Below, piece after piece: positions 25,412 through 27,732 of a stretch of 27,732 nucleotides of DNA. A model generated the notes under the pieces. It did no database searches. It was not told the DNA's origin and saw nothing but the letters and a program-made list of their open reading frames with translations. The stretch covers positions 1-27,732 of the forward strand of contig JBNKBE010000039.1 in the NCBI GenBank assembly GCA_050287085.1, given 5' to 3'. The translations under genes were made by a program, and so were the position numbers. How positions within the stretch are numbered: position 1 is the first letter of the stretch; each line of letters starts with the position of its first letter. The DNA comes from Polyangiaceae bacterium (GTDB lineage: Bacteria; Myxococcota_A; Polyangia; Polyangiales; Polyangiaceae).

Positions 25412-27157
25412 GTGAGACGACAGGGAAATGGGTTCTATGGGAGCACTGCCGCTCTTGCGATCGTGGCACTCGCGGTCGCGGCGCTGGTCATGGCTTGTGG
25501 CTCGGACGCGCCGAAGTCGCCGGGAGCGACGCTTGAGGCGTCCTGGGAAGACGCGCCCGTATCGATTGCTGAGTTCGAGCACGAGAGCGGAGCCGAGTGC
25601 GATGACGGCGACGACAACGACGGCGATGGCTTCGTGGACTGCGAAGATCTGGATTGCCGCTATCAGGGGGAGCATTGCACGCTTGCTCCGCCCCTCAACC
25701 GCACCCGGATAACGACGCTCGCAGAGCGGGCGGAGTACCTCTTCGATGGCGATGACGCCGTGCAGAAGGATGTCGCTCGAAGCGCTTTCAAGGAGGAGCG
25801 GCTCGCAATCGTGCGCGGTGAGGTCATCGATGGTGAGGGTAAGCCTCTGCCGGACGTGCGAGTGAGCGTGGCCGAAAGCAAGGACTACGGCTACACATTG
25901 ACGCAGCGCGACGGAACGTATGAGCTGGCGGTCAACGGCGGTGGTGTTGTCACGCTGCGCTACCACCGCGATGGCTACCTGCGAGCTGCGCGCAGCGTTG
26001 CAACCCGCTGGCGGCAGACGACGCATGCGAGCGCCGTGGGACTTGTACGGCGCGGTCGGACGCGGCACACGGTGTTGCTGGGTAAGCCGCAACTAGTGGT
26101 TCCCGATCCAGAGCAAGATGCAGCGGCTCCTTGGCTGTTCATTCCCGAAGGAACGGAAGCCGAGCTGGTTTTCAGCGACGGAAAGCGGGAGCCAGTGCCG
26201 GAGTTCCACCTTCGAGTTACGAAGTTTCCGGACGAGCCCGCTGAGCGCGCCCCGCGACCGAATCAGGCGCCGCTCTACGCACCGGGCACCGTCACAAATG
26301 GCGGTGGGTTGAGCTATAGCGTCGACTTCGAGGTGGAAGAAGCCACGGCGGCCAAGGCGCGGCAGGTGGCCTTCGATCGCCCAGTTTCCGTTTGGGTCGA
26401 GAATTACAAGAAGCTTCCCGTCGGGCTGGTGGTGCCGCTCCGCTACTACGACGAGGCGGCTCACACCTGGCAACGCGAACACACCGGGCGCGTCGTTGAG
26501 ATCGTTGACGTTGCCGACGGCGTCGCTGCGCTGGACCTTGATGGCGACGGCAAGGCGGACACCGACGAGGCGCTGGCGGAGCTGGGAATTCAGGCTGCGG
26601 AGCTCTCGCTCCTCGCCCAGCGCTACGAAGCAGGTAGAACCCTTTGGCGCACCCAGGTAACGCACTTCTCCGCCTTCTCGGCGGCATGGCGCACGCTTGC
26701 GCGGGGGGCACGCTTACCGCCGGACATTCCGGGGGCGGTGAAAGAAGACGTTGACAACCCTACGCCACGTGGCTCCGTGTTGCTCGAGAACCAGACGGTG
26801 CAAACGGCGTTTGGTGCGCAGGGCACTCCCTATACCCTCGTCTACCAGACGGATAGAAGCGAAGGGTATGGCAGCGCCTTTCGCGTCGACATTCCGCTAA
26901 CGAACGGAGCACCTCCGAGTGGACTGCGCAGCGTCTACGTGGTCGTAGAAGTGGGGGGGCGGTCGTTTTCGGCGGAACCTCACGACCCCAGCGATAAGAC
27001 CCATGAGTTTGTCTGGGATGGCAAAGATGAGCACGGTCGTCTGCCGCAAGGGGGGCGGGCAACACCGCTCTGGAGGTTGCCCGCCAAGGTGGCCGTCACG
27101 CCGGGCAGCTCAAGCAATTCCTCAAACAGACGCCTGACCAGCTACGAAAGTCGATAG
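25412..27157 (+). CDS. Truncated teneurin-like (RHS/YD-family N-terminal part) lipoprotein; probable pseudogene or rearranged gene
   Basis: GTG start, LVMA-C lipobox, CDDGDDNDGDGFVDCEDLDC, IVRGEVIDGEGKPL...YGYTLTQRDGTYELAVNGGG, and ENQTV...GTPYTLVY..DR..GY...VEVGGR...FVWDGKDEHGR, matching the teneurin Cys-rich, carboxypeptidase-like and Fn-plug pattern. Similarity stops near 27052; no NHL or YD repeats follow. Confidence 0.85.
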   Translation: MRRQGNGFYGSTAALAIVALAVAALVMACGSDAPKSPGATLEASWEDAPVSIAEFEHESGAECDDGDDNDGDGFVDCEDLDCRYQGEHCTLAPPLNRTRITTLAERAEYLFDGDDAVQKDVARSAFKEERLAIVRGEVIDGEGKPLPDVRVSVAESKDYGYTLTQRDGTYELAVNGGGVVTLRYHRDGYLRAARSVATRWRQTTHASAVGLVRRGRTRHTVLLGKPQLVVPDPEQDAAAPWLFIPEGTEAELVFSDGKREPVPEFHLRVTKFPDEPAERAPRPNQAPLYAPGTVTNGGGLSYSVDFEVEEATAAKARQVAFDRPVSVWVENYKKLPVGLVVPLRYYDEAAHTWQREHTGRVVEIVDVADGVAALDLDGDGKADTDEALAELGIQAAELSLLAQRYEAGRTLWRTQVTHFSAFSAAWRTLARGARLPPDIPGAVKEDVDNPTPRGSVLLENQTVQTAFGAQGTPYTLVYQTDRSEGYGSAFRVDIPLTNGAPPSGLRSVYVVVEVGGRSFSAEPHDPSDKTHEFVWDGKDEHGRLPQGGRATPLWRLPAKVAVTPGSSSNSSNRRLTSYESR

Positions 27158-27339
27158 GCTCGTTTGAAACGAACATTGCAAAACACCAGGGGTGGATTGC
27201 GAATCCGACGAGCAAGGTCCCCAACTTCAATTCACTTAGCACACAGCATCAGCAGAACCTGTTGCACCATTGGGGGCAAGACATTGCCCGTGCTCAGGAG
27301 CTGAAATCGATTGCTGAAGGGGTGCTGAAAGGGCTGTAA
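27052..27339 (+). pseudogene. Start-less polymorphic-toxin-like C-terminal tip, out of frame with the teneurin-like ORF
   Basis: Frame open 27031-27339 with no ATG; 27061-27336 reads NTALEVARQGGRHAGQLKQFLKQTPDQLRKSIGSFETNIAKHQGWIANPTSKVPNFNSLSTQHQQNLLHHWGQDIARAQELKSIAEGVLKGL; lower GC; TAA lies 3 nt before the next ATG. Confidence 0.75.
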
Positions 27340-27342
27340 TCG

Positions 27343-27585
27343 ATGTCTAGGACAGAAACGTGCGTGGCGGATGATTACCTCCGTGATCTGGGGCAACAGC
27401 TGCGAGAGTATGCATTGCAGGCAAAAAAGCAGGCGGATGAAGGAGGTAGATCAGATTTCGACTGTGGTTACCTATCCGGGTTTCATCGAGTAATTTCCCT
27501 GATGCAGCAGCAAGCGGAATCATTTGGTATCTCATTGGTGGAGCTCGGTTTGGATGGTATCGACGCTGACACCGACTTGACCTGA
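27343..27585 (+). CDS. Small acidic protein, probable immunity protein
   Basis: 80 aa, lower GC, directly after the toxin-like tip; YLRDLGQQLREYALQAK...DFDCGYLSGFHRVISLMQQQAESFGISLVELGLDGIDAD. Confidence 0.75.
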   Translation: MSRTETCVADDYLRDLGQQLREYALQAKKQADEGGRSDFDCGYLSGFHRVISLMQQQAESFGISLVELGLDGIDADTDLT

Positions 27586-27732
27586 GGGAGTGCCCCCCTT
27601 GAGCGCCGCGATCGTGCAGCGCGCCTGCCGCTCCGCGCAGCCCTCGCCCTAATGACTAGTTAAGCCGCAAGGCGTCGGAGGTGTTTTGAGCTAGGGCCGG
27701 ACAAGGCGAGTGATGGTCTAGGATGGCCGTGC

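Noticed and set aside
27044..27060. Canonical programmed -1 ribosomal frameshift linking the teneurin-like ORF to the toxin tip
   Set aside because: The required shift is -1, but CAA GGG GGG CGG gives no in-frame X XXY YYZ heptamer and I see no clear stimulatory structure; DNA-level slippage or deletion is more plausible.
27056..27157. Last ~33 aa of the 621-aa ORF as a real C-terminal domain
   Set aside because: It is the off-frame reading of the toxin-tip sequence; teneurin similarity has already ended.

Overview
GC-rich bacterial window, most likely Myxococcota (inferred from an AgmX/PglI-type C-terminal domain, many Cys-rich lipoproteins and a MopE-type acidic motif). It holds about 24 genes; I found no rRNA, tRNA, CRISPR array, transposase or integrase. 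From left to right: an envelope operon (beta-propeller-like lipoprotein, large NlpC/P60 multidomain protein, TPR lipoprotein); a CMP-nonulosonate synthetase/HAD phosphatase fusion coupled to an ABM-family gene; a coupled three-gene cassette (winged-helix-like protein, AAA+-type ATPase, and an Fe-S PD-(D/E)XK nuclease fused to a soluble FtsK motor); a patchwork of small genes (two VOC proteins, ppnP, yaeQ, lipoproteins, a metallophosphoesterase); a polysaccharide deacetylase divergent from an ECF sigma/anti-sigma pair; a membrane sulfatase-like transferase; and a lipoprotein-anchored teneurin-like gene. Two things stand out. First, the wHTH-ATPase-nuclease/FtsK cassette is a candidate uncharacterised defence or DNA-processing system. 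Second, the teneurin-like gene breaks off at a G6 run and is joined out of frame to a lower-GC toxin-like tip that the ORF track misses, followed by a probable immunity gene. All family assignments come from motif recognition by eye; no searches were run.
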